64,000 nt of DNA from Minisyncoccota bacterium (GTDB lineage Bacteria > Patescibacteriota > Minisyncoccia > Moranbacterales > GCA-2747515). The notes under the pieces were generated by a model that saw only the letters and a list, made by a program, of their open reading frames with translations, was not told where the DNA came from and did not search any database. Of the stretch, positions 34,861 through 46,742 are shown piece after piece (within the stretch, counting starts at the first letter, position 1; the number at the start of each line of letters is the position of its first letter). A program made the translations under genes and the position numbers. The DNA lies in NCBI GenBank assembly GCA_937936355.1, contig CALDDM010000008.1, positions 19,454-83,453 on the forward strand. The letters are read 5' to 3'.

Positions 34861-36330
34861 CTACAACGATATGCCCACCCTCTCAAAATCTGGAACAAAA
34901 ACAGATTCAAAGGTATGTGCCGCATTGAGGATCCCCTCTTCATCAAACCACTTCCCAATAAGCTGTCCTCCGATAGGCATTTTCTTGCCATCTTTACTAG
35001 CAGAACCAATCGGATGTGAAAGGGCAGGCAATCCAGCAAGATTAACTGGAACCGTATAAATATCTGTCAAGTACATTTTCAATGGATCACCTGTATTTTC
35101 GCCCACCTTGAACGCTGTTTCCGGCACAGTTGGTGTAAATATATAATCAACTTTTTCCAGCGCATCCTCATAATCTTTGCGGATGAGCGTACGCACTTTC
35201 TGCGCCTTCTTATAAAAAGCATCACTGTAGCCAGCACTCAAGGTATACGTACCCAAAATCAATCTTCGCTTGATCTCATCACCAAAACCTGCGCCACGAA
35301 CATGCTTATAATAATCCTGTATAGAGTCACATTTGTCTATCTCTGGAACAGAACCATATCGCACACCATCAAAACGCGCCAAATTTGAGCTCAGCTCACT
35401 GAGCGCGATCACATAATATGTTGCGAGCGCTGCATCAGTGTGTGGCAACGAGATCTCTACGATCTCCGCACCCAACTCCTTGTACTTTTCTAGTGCTGAC
35501 ACATAAGCCGCACGCACCTCGTCATCCAACCCTTCACCAAGGAATTCCGATGGCATACCAATCTTTGCACCAGCAATATCACCCACAAGAAATCGAGTAT
35601 AATCCTGACCATCAGATTGAGCGCTTGTTGCATCACGTGCATCATGTCCTGCAATACTAGAAAGAACAATTGCAGCGTCCTGAGCATTGTGTGCAAGCAC
35701 GCCAACTTGATCCAAGCTTGATCCATACGCAATCACACCATAACGAGAAACGCGACCATATGTCGGCTTAATCCCAGTAATGCCACAAAAACTTGCTGGC
35801 TGCCGAATGGAACCGCCAGTATCACTGCCGAGAGCCCAAACAGCACTCCCAGAAGCTACCGCAGCAGCACTCCCACCACTCGAACCGCCTGGCACACGAG
35901 AGAGGTCATGCGGATTGCGCGATACACCATACGCACTATGCTCCGTTGAGCTTCCGCACGCAAATTCATCAAGATTCGCCTTACCAAGGATAACTGCATG
36001 ATCATCTCGCAACTTATCTATGACTGTCGCACTGTATGGCGCTATATAGCCCTCAAGTATCTTTGATCCTGCAGTTGTTTGAACGCCTCGCATTAAAATA
36101 TTATCTTTAATCGCACCAGGAATACCCGCAAGCACACCAACATCCTCTCCATCTGCATATGCCCTATCAACAATCTTTGCCTGCGCAATCGCAAGCTCAT
36201 CATCTATAGTGATAAATGCATTCACATCATCAGGAGACTGCTGGGCATGGGCCTTTTTAAGATACGCTTGTGCTATCTGTTCAGACGTCAAATCACCAGA
36301 CTTTATTTTCTCATGCAACTCCTTAATCAT
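34861..36330 (-). CDS. gatA: Asp-tRNA(Asn)/Glu-tRNA(Gln) amidotransferase subunit A
   Basis: 489-aa ORF with the amidase signature GGSSGGSAAAVA and SDTGGSIRQPASFCG. Confidence 0.95.
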   Translation of the reverse strand: MIKELHEKIKSGDLTSEQIAQAYLKKAHAQQSPDDVNAFITIDDELAIAQAKIVDRAYADGEDVGVLAGIPGAIKDNILMRGVQTTAGSKILEGYIAPYSATVIDKLRDDHAVILGKANLDEFACGSSTEHSAYGVSRNPHDLSRVPGGSSGGSAAAVASGSAVWALGSDTGGSIRQPASFCGITGIKPTYGRVSRYGVIAYGSSLDQVGVLAHNAQDAAIVLSSIAGHDARDATSAQSDGQDYTRFLVGDIAGAKIGMPSEFLGEGLDDEVRAAYVSALEKYKELGAEIVEISLPHTDAALATYYVIALSELSSNLARFDGVRYGSVPEIDKCDSIQDYYKHVRGAGFGDEIKRRLILGTYTLSAGYSDAFYKKAQKVRTLIRKDYEDALEKVDYIFTPTVPETAFKVGENTGDPLKMYLTDIYTVPVNLAGLPALSHPIGSASKDGKKMPIGGQLIGKWFDEEGILNAAHTFESVFVPDFERVGISL

Positions 36331-36388
36331 AAATTCACTTCAACATTCTAATTCTACAGCATCAGGCACAATCTCTTTCATAAGACTC

Positions 36389-36682
36389 CTACAACACACC
36401 TTTTACAACTATACGATCCCCGTCAGACACCGGCACAGCATCCATCATCATTATCCTCTCGTCATCTGACATCTCCTGCACACGATCCCTACGCATAACA
36501 TTTGTCATGCGAGTTATGTGCCCCTCACCCTCTATGCCATCAGTTTTTATAGCAGACAGTGTGTCAAAATACCCCAAAACAGGTTCAATATCCTTTCGAA
36601 GCGCATCAGATTCTACATCTGTCACAGCAATTTGCGCTAAATCGGCAACTTTTTTAATATCTTCTCGTGTAATCTCTGACAT
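36389..36682 (-). CDS. gatC: Asp-tRNA(Asn)/Glu-tRNA(Gln) amidotransferase subunit C
   Basis: 97-aa ORF directly upstream of gatA, with N-terminus ITREDIKKVADLAQIAVTD typical of GatC. Confidence 0.9.
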   Translation of the reverse strand: MSEITREDIKKVADLAQIAVTDVESDALRKDIEPVLGYFDTLSAIKTDGIEGEGHITRMTNVMRRDRVQEMSDDERIMMMDAVPVSDGDRIVVKGVL

Positions 36683-36712
36683 AAATCACCTTAAATGTAT
36701 TCTTAATGGCTA

Positions 36713-38833
<2,121 letters not shown>

Positions 38834-38903
38834 CTACACAAATTAACTCATTGCATCATAACAAAAAGACAGACTCTTCGCTAAAAATCCAGATTTTTCG
38901 CTA

Positions 38904-40379
38904 TTAATTCGCACACTGACCCTCAATAGCATCAGATGCCTCATGACATAATATCTTGATTTCATTATCCGTCAAAGCACGTTCAAAGATCCTCAAATCA
39001 TCAAGTGTACCGTCAAAGGCTGCGTAGTTCTGTCGCAAAGTCGCATTCAATCCTGCAGCTGCCGCAAAACCAACACCGAACTCATCCATCTCAAAAAGAT
39101 CAATGTTACCACCTGCATAGTAGCCACCAACAAAAAATGACTCATTAGCATCGTATTCGATTTCATTACTCATGCGCTGGGTTGCACTAAGAGCAGATCT
39201 CCGGGTTCCATCAATATAAATCCTTGGTATATCCACATCATCTTTATCCCACATTGCAACTATATGATGCCAGCTATTGTCATTTGGATACGGCGCATTA
39301 ATACGAGCCCCTGCACCTGCACGGTCAACAATAAAATTGATCCTACTATCAGCGCTAAAGTAAAGCGCATAGCCTTTGTCATTTGCAGAATTCCGAGGAG
39401 GAATTGTTCCGTTACTCACGAGGACGCCACCACCTGAACCATTCCGTTTCACCCAAATGGAGAGTGCAATCGCACTACTCGGCGAGAGCGATACTGCTGT
39501 AGGATCAACACTGTTGGGGCCACTCGTTTGTGTGTTGAGCGCTAGATAGTTACTCACACCATTAAACTCCAGTCCTTGCGAGTGTTCTGTGTAACCAATT
39601 TGACCACTAAAGTCAACATCAACAGCACCATCTTCAGAATCAGTCCACGTAGAAACATCATCACTATCATGATCAAAATAAATCGTTTTATGATCTTGCG
39701 TTGGATCGACCCGATCATCAGCATCAACCTGAGGGCAAAGATCAAATGGTGCTGGGACACTATTATTATCAATTGGGCAAAGTGTTAGCTGATGATCATT
39801 GCGCGATTGATCTTTTGCAACCGGCGATCCTGGAAAGCTAGCAGCAAGTCGCAATGCTTCAGCATTATCCTCAAAATCCCAATGTGCAAGCAAACCTCTT
39901 TTGGTACTATCTTGCATAGTAACCTGCAGTGCACGCGCCGCACCTTTTCTTTCTCCCACTATCCGAAATCGCGCGATGTCACCCATCTGCGTGTCACAAT
40001 CTGTCGTCTCTACAGATTGTGTGGCAGGAAAAGGCGGCGGATCGATAAGACGAACATACGGAATGATCTCAAGGTTGAGCGATGTACTTTTGAGGCGACC
40101 GTCTGCGCACACAAATCCCATACTCTGTAAGCGGGAGCCACTTGCAACAAGGTCATCAAGGCGCTCAATGCCTTTATGATCATGATAAACAGACTGCAAG
40201 AAAATCTCCACACCACGATCTGCATTTTGAAGTGCCGCTGTCGAATTACTCGTAGCAATCGTTGCCTTGCGCTGCGTCAAAACATTCCCCGCAATACCAA
40301 GAGATGTAATCAGAATAAGCGAGAGAATCAACAGGGAGAATATAAGTATTGAGCCTTTTTTAACTTTTGATACAACCAT
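38904..40379 (-). CDS. PilX-N-like membrane anchor fused to a LamG/concanavalin-like lectin domain (putative pilus-associated adhesin)
   Basis: 491-aa ORF. The N-terminus KKGSILIFSLLILSLILITSLGIAG resembles PilX_N. The C-terminus has the LamG_3-type signature ...WHHIVAMWD...GTLDDLRIFERALTDNEI. It is the last gene of the pilus operon. Confidence 0.7.
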   Translation of the reverse strand: MVVSKVKKGSILIFSLLILSLILITSLGIAGNVLTQRKATIATSNSTAALQNADRGVEIFLQSVYHDHKGIERLDDLVASGSRLQSMGFVCADGRLKSTSLNLEIIPYVRLIDPPPFPATQSVETTDCDTQMGDIARFRIVGERKGAARALQVTMQDSTKRGLLAHWDFEDNAEALRLAASFPGSPVAKDQSRNDHQLTLCPIDNNSVPAPFDLCPQVDADDRVDPTQDHKTIYFDHDSDDVSTWTDSEDGAVDVDFSGQIGYTEHSQGLEFNGVSNYLALNTQTSGPNSVDPTAVSLSPSSAIALSIWVKRNGSGGGVLVSNGTIPPRNSANDKGYALYFSADSRINFIVDRAGAGARINAPYPNDNSWHHIVAMWDKDDVDIPRIYIDGTRRSALSATQRMSNEIEYDANESFFVGGYYAGGNIDLFEMDEFGVGFAAAAGLNATLRQNYAAFDGTLDDLRIFERALTDNEIKILCHEASDAIEGQCAN

Positions 40380-40393
40380 AATTCATTGTTAGA

Positions 40394-41023
40394 TTAGAAG
40401 CGAAACTCTACAGGATAGTCTCGCAAAGAAGCGCTCGTCTGGATCGTCACTGGACGAATTGTTCTATTTTGATCCTGGATTTCCATACGGATAGTAGCAA
40501 GGCCCATACGGAATTGATTACCATTACTTGGATTATCATCTGGATCACGCTCGGTAGAAACAATATCAAAGGATCCTAACACATAACCAGTTGTCAGACT
40601 ATATGTCTCTCCACTTGCATAATGTCCGTTCTTTGCACATGACTCAACATCTGATGGACTTCTATCTACAGTTGTTACCTCTAACTGTGCAGCTGAATCA
40701 TCAAAGAAAAATCTAATACATTTTTTTTGTGAATTATCATAAAGATAGATTCTTTTCGCACTTTGAAGAGTTGGGTAATCAATCACACTTGGGAATGTGC
40801 TCGTACGCAATGTTTTGGCTATAAAGTTAATTGCAAATTGCGCATTCTCCACATTACGCTGCTGTAACTGCAAATACTTGAAATTCACAGATTGTCTGGC
40901 AAAAACTGCAACAACAGCTGTCATGATCACAAGGAAAATAAAAGTAGCAACAAGCAACTCAACAAGTGTGAAGCCTTTTTTCTTAGCGCTCATTTCATCT
41001 TTTTTTAAACTCAACTTTTTCAT
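40394..41023 (-). CDS. minor (pseudo)pilin with prepilin-type N-terminal methylation motif
   Basis: 209-aa ORF with KKGFTLVELLVATFIFLVIM (G|FTLxE class III signal). Confidence 0.8.
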   Translation of the reverse strand: MKKLSLKKDEMSAKKKGFTLVELLVATFIFLVIMTAVVAVFARQSVNFKYLQLQQRNVENAQFAINFIAKTLRTSTFPSVIDYPTLQSAKRIYLYDNSQKKCIRFFFDDSAAQLEVTTVDRSPSDVESCAKNGHYASGETYSLTTGYVLGSFDIVSTERDPDDNPSNGNQFRMGLATIRMEIQDQNRTIRPVTIQTSASLRDYPVEFRF

Positions 41024-41052
41024 AGTCTTTTCAATAAGATTGAAATGCAGAA

Positions 41053-41652
41053 TTATTTATGTAAAATCCACTGCGTCAAAGTAGACTCGTCTACAACACA
41101 GTTCGTACTTGCACTACAATTTGCAACTGAGGTCGGTATAGGTGTTTCATCCCATGTAGCAATACTTGTCACACCCACCTCACCCGATGTTCCAAGATCG
41201 AAACGTACAACACGCCTAAACTCCGTCGCATTTCCGGCAACCACTCTATGCGTATAAAATCCATTTGCATCGAGATAAAGTCTCGCCCCACCGCTTGAGC
41301 ATGACATTGTTGGTACTGTGCCTTGAATAAAATTATGCACCTCAACAGCATCGATATAACATGTCCCACTAAACCGATCGAACATTGCATCAAATCCAGC
41401 TCCAGTATCGAGATCAACAGATTCATAGATTTGCATTGCACGATTATCTCGCACATTACGAGCAAGCTCAGAGCCCTCTTGGGCAAGGGCAGCTGCAATC
41501 AAAGAATCTCGAGAGTCATTCAATTCCACAATGCTCTTGGTAGTCAAAACCACAGTAGCGATCAAACCAAGCGAAAGAATGAACAAACCAAGAACAACCT
41601 CCATGATGGAAAATCCTTTTTGAAAATTTTGTTGCTTGTATTTTTTTTTCAT
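41053..41652 (-). CDS. minor (pseudo)pilin, PilV-like
   Basis: 199-aa ORF with QKGFSIMEVVLGLFILSLGL (G|FSxxE class III signal). Confidence 0.75.
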   Translation of the reverse strand: MKKKYKQQNFQKGFSIMEVVLGLFILSLGLIATVVLTTKSIVELNDSRDSLIAAALAQEGSELARNVRDNRAMQIYESVDLDTGAGFDAMFDRFSGTCYIDAVEVHNFIQGTVPTMSCSSGGARLYLDANGFYTHRVVAGNATEFRRVVRFDLGTSGEVGVTSIATWDETPIPTSVANCSASTNCVVDESTLTQWILHK

Positions 41653-41672
41653 GTTATCTCACAGGTAGTGAC

Positions 41673-42236
41673 CTAATTACACGAACCAGAAAACCCTGCG
41701 GCCTCTACACGACCAGAACGATACAGACATACCCTATAATCGTGCCCACTCAAAGAAAAAACATAGTCTGACCAGGCATTTCCACTAGAAAATGCTGAAG
41801 ATGCAATCGAACCAAAAGGCGCGTTGATACTTATTGGTCGCAACGACCCCGACGAAGAAGTGATTGTCACGCGGCCAGTACTATCTGAGCTAATCATCTC
41901 TGTCTCTGTTCCATTAGTACAACTGCGCGGTTGACCAGAAACACTTGATCCATTCGGATTATAAACCTCTGCAGAATAACCAAAGCCATTACTCGATGCA
42001 GAAACAGTAACATTGCAAGGGCGCTTACCATTTATGCTTTGACCTGTCAGCGCAATATTCTGAGCATCACGCACACTTGCCACAAAACCCTCAGCAGCAG
42101 TACGAACAAGTCGGCGGTCTTTATCATTACTCATCATAACAAAAAGCACCGACGTCATGATCGTAATGATACCTATGACAACAAGGAGCTCAATCAATGT
42201 AAATCCTTTTTTAGTCTGTTGTTTTTGTTTTCTCAC
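41673..42236 (-). CDS. minor (pseudo)pilin, FimT/GspH-like
   Basis: 187-aa ORF with KKGFTLIELLVVIGIITIMT and a Ser/Gly-rich globular domain. Confidence 0.8.
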   Translation of the reverse strand: MRKQKQQTKKGFTLIELLVVIGIITIMTSVLFVMMSNDKDRRLVRTAAEGFVASVRDAQNIALTGQSINGKRPCNVTVSASSNGFGYSAEVYNPNGSSVSGQPRSCTNGTETEMISSDSTGRVTITSSSGSLRPISINAPFGSIASSAFSSGNAWSDYVFSLSGHDYRVCLYRSGRVEAAGFSGSCN

Positions 42237-42319
42237 AAAGCCTTGGTCATTACCAGGTTATTTATCTAACCCTACTACTTACAATTGTATCATACAGATC
42301 AACATGTCTACCATCACAT

Positions 42320-43129
42320 TTACCACAAAACTGACATTGTAGTCGGATAAAAATGCAAAAGAACGTATGCAATAAACATGCCACCAACAAGATAAGGGCC
42401 AAATGGAATGGCAGTCTTAAGCGTCTTACCTTGAGCGAGCATCATGAAACTACCAATAAGCGCTCCAGAAAATACAGCAATCATTATCGCAACAAAGCTT
42501 GCCATCGGGCCGAGAAAAAGACCAATCACAAGAGCTATGAATCCGTCTCCATATCCCATCCACGTTTCGTCAGACACAAAACTGAGGCCAAAGAAAAACC
42601 CAAAACACACAACTCCAGCCACTATGTGCAAGAAAGTAGCAGACTGCCATAAAGAGTGCAGATCAAGACCAGAGATGAGAACCTTATCCCTCATAAACAT
42701 CATCAGCACTGCAAGTCCCACACCGATATAAATAGCAATCATAGGAACCTCCATATATTTCAGATCGTAAACAAAAATGACGATCATCGATGCAAATAAG
42801 GCCGCAGACAATATACCAAATACAACACCCACACTTAAATCAGCATGACGTGTTGCAACAGCTCCTACCACACCAAAAACTGTGGCTGTCATCATCTCAA
42901 CACAAGGATATTGTGCTGATATCGCATCACTGCAATACCGACATTTTCCACGTAATAGCAAATAACTCAATACAGGAATATTGTCATACCACGCAAGATC
43001 ATGATCACACGAGACGCAGTGCGAGTGACCAGCAACTATACCACCTTCACCCGAAGCCAATCGTAAGACAGCTACATTAAGAAAGCTGCCAACAAGAAGA
43101 CCAAATACAACAAAGAAAAATATTATCAT
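42320..43129 (-). CDS. pilD: prepilin peptidase / N-methyltransferase (A24 family)
   Basis: 269-aa polytopic ORF with an N-terminal Cys cluster (HCVSCDHDL...CRYC) and catalytic Asp motifs (YGDGF, GPY region). Confidence 0.9.
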   Translation of the reverse strand: MIIFFFVVFGLLVGSFLNVAVLRLASGEGGIVAGHSHCVSCDHDLAWYDNIPVLSYLLLRGKCRYCSDAISAQYPCVEMMTATVFGVVGAVATRHADLSVGVVFGILSAALFASMIVIFVYDLKYMEVPMIAIYIGVGLAVLMMFMRDKVLISGLDLHSLWQSATFLHIVAGVVCFGFFFGLSFVSDETWMGYGDGFIALVIGLFLGPMASFVAIMIAVFSGALIGSFMMLAQGKTLKTAIPFGPYLVGGMFIAYVLLHFYPTTMSVLW

Positions 43130-43159
43130 ATAGCAATTTTAACACACCCACTGAGCACC

Positions 43160-43197
43160 CAAGAAAAAACAAAAAAACACCATAGCGGTGTTTTTTT
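43160..43197 (-). terminator. rho-independent terminator between the major pilin gene and pilD
   Basis: On the minus strand, AAAAAAACACC-GCUAU-GGUGUUUUUUU is followed by GUUUUUUC, 20 nt after the pilin stop. Confidence 0.7.
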
Positions 43198-43216
43198 GTT
43201 TCGCAGCGAGTTGAGC

Positions 43217-43591
43217 TTAACAACCTGCTGGGAAATTTGCTCCTGTCTGGTCAATAGTTGTACCAGCACACACCGCCTCAACATTTGCATTAGCAGCAGT
43301 TGAAGTAATTTGGAAATCTCCACCATTACAGTCAGAGCCAACTGCAATCGTTGCAACAGAAAGCATATCTGTTTGCTGAGCTGCAACAAATGCTGCAAGA
43401 TCAGGTGTAGCCTCATCACACTCGAGAATACCACCAGCTGAAAGACTTGAAACAGATGATTTGTAAGCTGCAACATTAGCCTTTGTACGCGCACTGTTCA
43501 GAGAGACCAGAACAATAGACGCCAAAATTCCGATGATTGCAATTACGATCAAAAGCTCGATCAATGTAAATCCTTTATTCATTTTTTTCAT
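43217..43591 (-). CDS. pilA: major type IV pilin
   Basis: 124-aa ORF with MKKMNKG|FTLIELLIVIAIIGILASIVLVSLNSAR and C-terminal Cys pairs. A strong SD (AAGGGAGGTGA) lies upstream and a dedicated terminator follows. Confidence 0.9.
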   Translation of the reverse strand: MKKMNKGFTLIELLIVIAIIGILASIVLVSLNSARTKANVAAYKSSVSSLSAGGILECDEATPDLAAFVAAQQTDMLSVATIAVGSDCNGGDFQITSTAANANVEAVCAGTTIDQTGANFPAGC

Positions 43592-43635
43592 ACTATTGTC
43601 ACCTCCCTTCTTTTTGTTTTTATTATCATATATAC

Positions 43636-43676
43636 ATTATACACTAGAAATATAGTGTTAATTATTCTTGCAAGAA
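43636..43676 (-). promoter_or_regulatory. pilin promoter: extended -10 TGTATAAT plus upstream 12-bp palindrome TTCTTGCAAGAA
   Basis: On the minus strand, TGTATAAT is at 43636-43643, and there is no good -35 (TAATTA). A perfect palindrome at 43665-43676 is centred about 41.5 nt upstream of the inferred TSS. Confidence 0.45.
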
Positions 43677-43785
43677 GTTATCCACACACAAGGGACCATA
43701 CTCTATTTTTACATTTTTTTAAAACGTACGAGCCACAACTTCAATAATCCCAAGTCGACACATACATAAAATTAAAATCTATTTC

Positions 43786-44994
43786 TTATATCAACGCCGT
43801 AATGTTATAGATTGGCATCAAGACTGAGATCACCAGAACACCAACACCGATACCCAAAACTACGATAAGAATCGGCTCAATAAGTGATGAGAGGTTGCGC
43901 GTGATCTGATCAACCTCCCCCCTATAAAAGTTTGCAACATCCGACAAAATATCACCAAGCCTACCCGTTTCTTCACCAACCTTAATCATGCGAGCAACCA
44001 TAGGAGGAACCTCTTCATATTTAAAAAATTCTGTATGAATCTCCCCACCTACCTTAACATTTTGCGCTGCTTTAAGAATGATTTTTTTATAAGTGTGGTT
44101 ATCCACAACGTCTGCAATGATCTGTAGCGCCCGCACAATAGGAATACCGCCAGCAATAAGAACAGAGAGGTTTTCTGCAAATCGTGTCAGATAGACATAG
44201 CGAAACAACTCTCCAATAACAGGGATTTTGAGTTTAGCCTGATCCCACTCCATTTTTCCTCGCGGGGACCGCAGATAGAAAATACTGGATACAATGACGA
44301 CTATAATGCCTATAAGCACAACCCACCAATACACCTTCATGAAATCTCCCAAACCAATCATAATCTGTGTATACCATGGAAGATCGACGTCTAAATCTTT
44401 AAAAACACTCGTAAGCTTTGGTAGTATAAACGCAACAACAAGAAAGCCAATAACACCCGCAACAGAGACAACAAAAGCTGGATACATCAATGCACCGCGG
44501 ACTTTACTGGTTAGCTGATAATTCTGCTCCGTCGTTGTCGTGACATATTTAATCGATCCCTCAAGATTACCAGAAATTTCACCAGCCTTAATCATGTTAA
44601 TGGCAAGCTCAGAAAAGATCTTTGGGTGCTTCGCAAATGCTTCAGAAATCGGGAGTCCATCTTCCACATCGGTACTCACCTGCTTTACCACAGCACTCAG
44701 AACAGGGTGCGTTGTTTGTGCCTGAATCGTATCGAGCGCTGTCGCTATCGGTACTTTCGCTCCAGTAAGCGTAGAAAACTCACGATAAAAAAGAAGGAGA
44801 TCCTTCATTCCAACCTTAGACGTCGCCTGCTCAATCCTGCTGGACAGAGTTCCTTTACCGCTCTGTTGCACGAGAGAGATTGGCAGTAATCCACCTTTTT
44901 GCAACAACGCAACAGCCTCGTCATGTGATGGAGCATCGATTGTTCCAGCCTTAAGGGAGCCATCCCCAGCCTTTGCTTTAAACGTATATTTCAT
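43786..44994 (-). CDS. pilC: type IV pilus platform protein (GspF/PilC family)
   Basis: 402-aa ORF with two T2SSF repeats and three TM segments. It lies adjacent to pilT. Confidence 0.92.
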   Translation of the reverse strand: MKYTFKAKAGDGSLKAGTIDAPSHDEAVALLQKGGLLPISLVQQSGKGTLSSRIEQATSKVGMKDLLLFYREFSTLTGAKVPIATALDTIQAQTTHPVLSAVVKQVSTDVEDGLPISEAFAKHPKIFSELAINMIKAGEISGNLEGSIKYVTTTTEQNYQLTSKVRGALMYPAFVVSVAGVIGFLVVAFILPKLTSVFKDLDVDLPWYTQIMIGLGDFMKVYWWVVLIGIIVVIVSSIFYLRSPRGKMEWDQAKLKIPVIGELFRYVYLTRFAENLSVLIAGGIPIVRALQIIADVVDNHTYKKIILKAAQNVKVGGEIHTEFFKYEEVPPMVARMIKVGEETGRLGDILSDVANFYRGEVDQITRNLSSLIEPILIVVLGIGVGVLVISVLMPIYNITALI

Positions 44995-44997
44995 ATA

Positions 44998-46095
44998 TTA
45001 GTTTTCTATATGCAATTCATCACCACGACCGATAAGCATCCTGAGATATTCGCGATTCTTTGCATATGTCATGGCATGATCAAGTGTAATAATACCCTGC
45101 TTAATCAAAATCGACAGTGATTTATCAAGGGAAATCATACCATCCTTTTGACTAGTATCAATCACAGTATCAATTTGATACGTCTTATCCTCACGAATGA
45201 GGTTTTCAATAGCATGATTCTTAATCATAATTTCAATAGCAGGAACACGACCACCGTCTATGCGCGGCAGGAGTCGCTGAGACAAAACACCCAAAAGCAC
45301 ATTAGCAAGTTGAGATCGCACCTGATTTTGTTGATGCGCGGGAAAAGTATCAATTATACGATCCACAGTTTGTGACGCATCATTCGTATGAAGTGTTGCA
45401 AAAATGAGATGCCCTGTTTCAGCTGCTGTTATTGCAGTTGAAATTGTTTCAAGATCTCGCAACTCTCCAATAAGTATGACATTAGTATCTTCACGCAAAG
45501 CAGCTCTCAGGGCCGCAGCAAAATCATGTGTATCCTCACCAATCTCTCGCTGATTGATGATACAACGATCTGGTGTGTAGAGATACTCTATAGGATCTTC
45601 AATGGTTACAACATGATGCTCTTTATTATGATTAATATGATCCATAAGTGCGGCAAGCGTAGTAGACTTGCCGTGGCCAACAGGCCCTGTAACAAGAAAG
45701 AGTCCCTGCGAAAAATTTGCAAACTCATAAACATTTGTCGGAACATTCAAGTCTTGCAGTGTGCGTATTTGATTATTAATAACACGCATAACAATACCAA
45801 CATGACCCTGCTGATAAAAAACATTCGTTCGAAAGCGGACGCGATCCTCAAAGTTATAGGCAAAATCAACTTGTCCCTGTGCTGTAAATTCTTTCTTCCG
45901 AAGGTCATCCATAAAAAAATCCGCCATCGCTTTTGTATCTTCGGTAAGCAAAATCGATTCTTGGGAGAGTGGTATAAGTTTTCCATCAATACGCAAAGTA
46001 GGGTACCTTCCTACAGCGAGATGCAGATCAGAGGCATCTTGCTGAGCCGCAAGTCTAAGGAGATTTTTTATCCTGTCACCAATATTTCCAGCCAT
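44998..46095 (-). CDS. pilT: type IV pilus retraction ATPase
   Basis: 365-aa ORF with Walker A GPVGHGKST, the Asp box, Walker B ILIGELRD and the His box TGHLIFATLHTN. Confidence 0.92.
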   Translation of the reverse strand: MAGNIGDRIKNLLRLAAQQDASDLHLAVGRYPTLRIDGKLIPLSQESILLTEDTKAMADFFMDDLRKKEFTAQGQVDFAYNFEDRVRFRTNVFYQQGHVGIVMRVINNQIRTLQDLNVPTNVYEFANFSQGLFLVTGPVGHGKSTTLAALMDHINHNKEHHVVTIEDPIEYLYTPDRCIINQREIGEDTHDFAAALRAALREDTNVILIGELRDLETISTAITAAETGHLIFATLHTNDASQTVDRIIDTFPAHQQNQVRSQLANVLLGVLSQRLLPRIDGGRVPAIEIMIKNHAIENLIREDKTYQIDTVIDTSQKDGMISLDKSLSILIKQGIITLDHAMTYAKNREYLRMLIGRGDELHIEN

Positions 46096-46171
46096 ATTTT
46101 TTTTTATTTTTTTGAATGATCACAGGTTAGAGAGTCGATACCACGACCACACTCTAACAAAAGTCAATCAA

Positions 46172-46675
46172 CTAGTCCTTCAAGATGTACTTTTCCACCT
46201 TCGAAAGAACCTCCGACGGAGTGAAGTGAGATTTAATCAGGTAGTCTTTCGCTCCATTTTCCATTGCTCGATCTATATCTTCTTTTTGAGAGAGATTAGT
46301 AAGCAGAACAACAGGGATTCTTTGCCACTCTTGATTCTGTGAGATCGCCTCTAATACATCAAATCCATCCATATACGGCATGACGATATCAAGCAATAGG
46401 AGATGGGGTCTGACACCTGACTTGAGCTTTTCTACAGCATCACGTCCATTATTTGCAATAATAACATTATACCCTGCAGATGTAAGTTTAACATCATAAA
46501 TATCGCTGATAAACATATCGTCTTCAGCTACCATAATCGTCCCCTTGTTGCTAGCCATTGTATCCTCTTGCTCCTGTGATGCAACAGTATTTTGCGTTGT
46601 TACATCCATGGATCCACCAGTTGCCCCAACTTCTTTCATTGTGTTTTCTTCAGACATAGCAAGATTTTGCCTCAT
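46172..46675 (-). CDS. stand-alone response-regulator receiver (CheY/PilH-like)
   Basis: 167-aa ORF. The REC domain has IMVAEDD, a phospho-acceptor context LLLLDIVMPYMDG, a conserved T (VVLLTNL) and K (AKDYLIKS). An unrelated N-terminal tail of about 45 aa precedes it, and there is no output domain. Confidence 0.85.
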   Translation of the reverse strand: MRQNLAMSEENTMKEVGATGGSMDVTTQNTVASQEQEDTMASNKGTIMVAEDDMFISDIYDVKLTSAGYNVIIANNGRDAVEKLKSGVRPHLLLLDIVMPYMDGFDVLEAISQNQEWQRIPVVLLTNLSQKEDIDRAMENGAKDYLIKSHFTPSEVLSKVEKYILKD

Positions 46676-46742
46676 TTAATAATACAATTATAACATACGA
46701 CTTCGTGCAGAATCCTCAACCAATATCAAACTACGTCAATCC

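Noticed and set aside
38904-40379. Diversity-generating retroelement target in the LamG protein
   Set aside because: DGRs are common in CPR genomes. However, there is no reverse transcriptase gene in the window, and I could find no template/variable repeat pair by eye.
45526-46119. 197-aa plus-strand ORF
   Set aside because: It is antisense to pilT, whose Walker and His-box motifs are intact. It is a shadow ORF.
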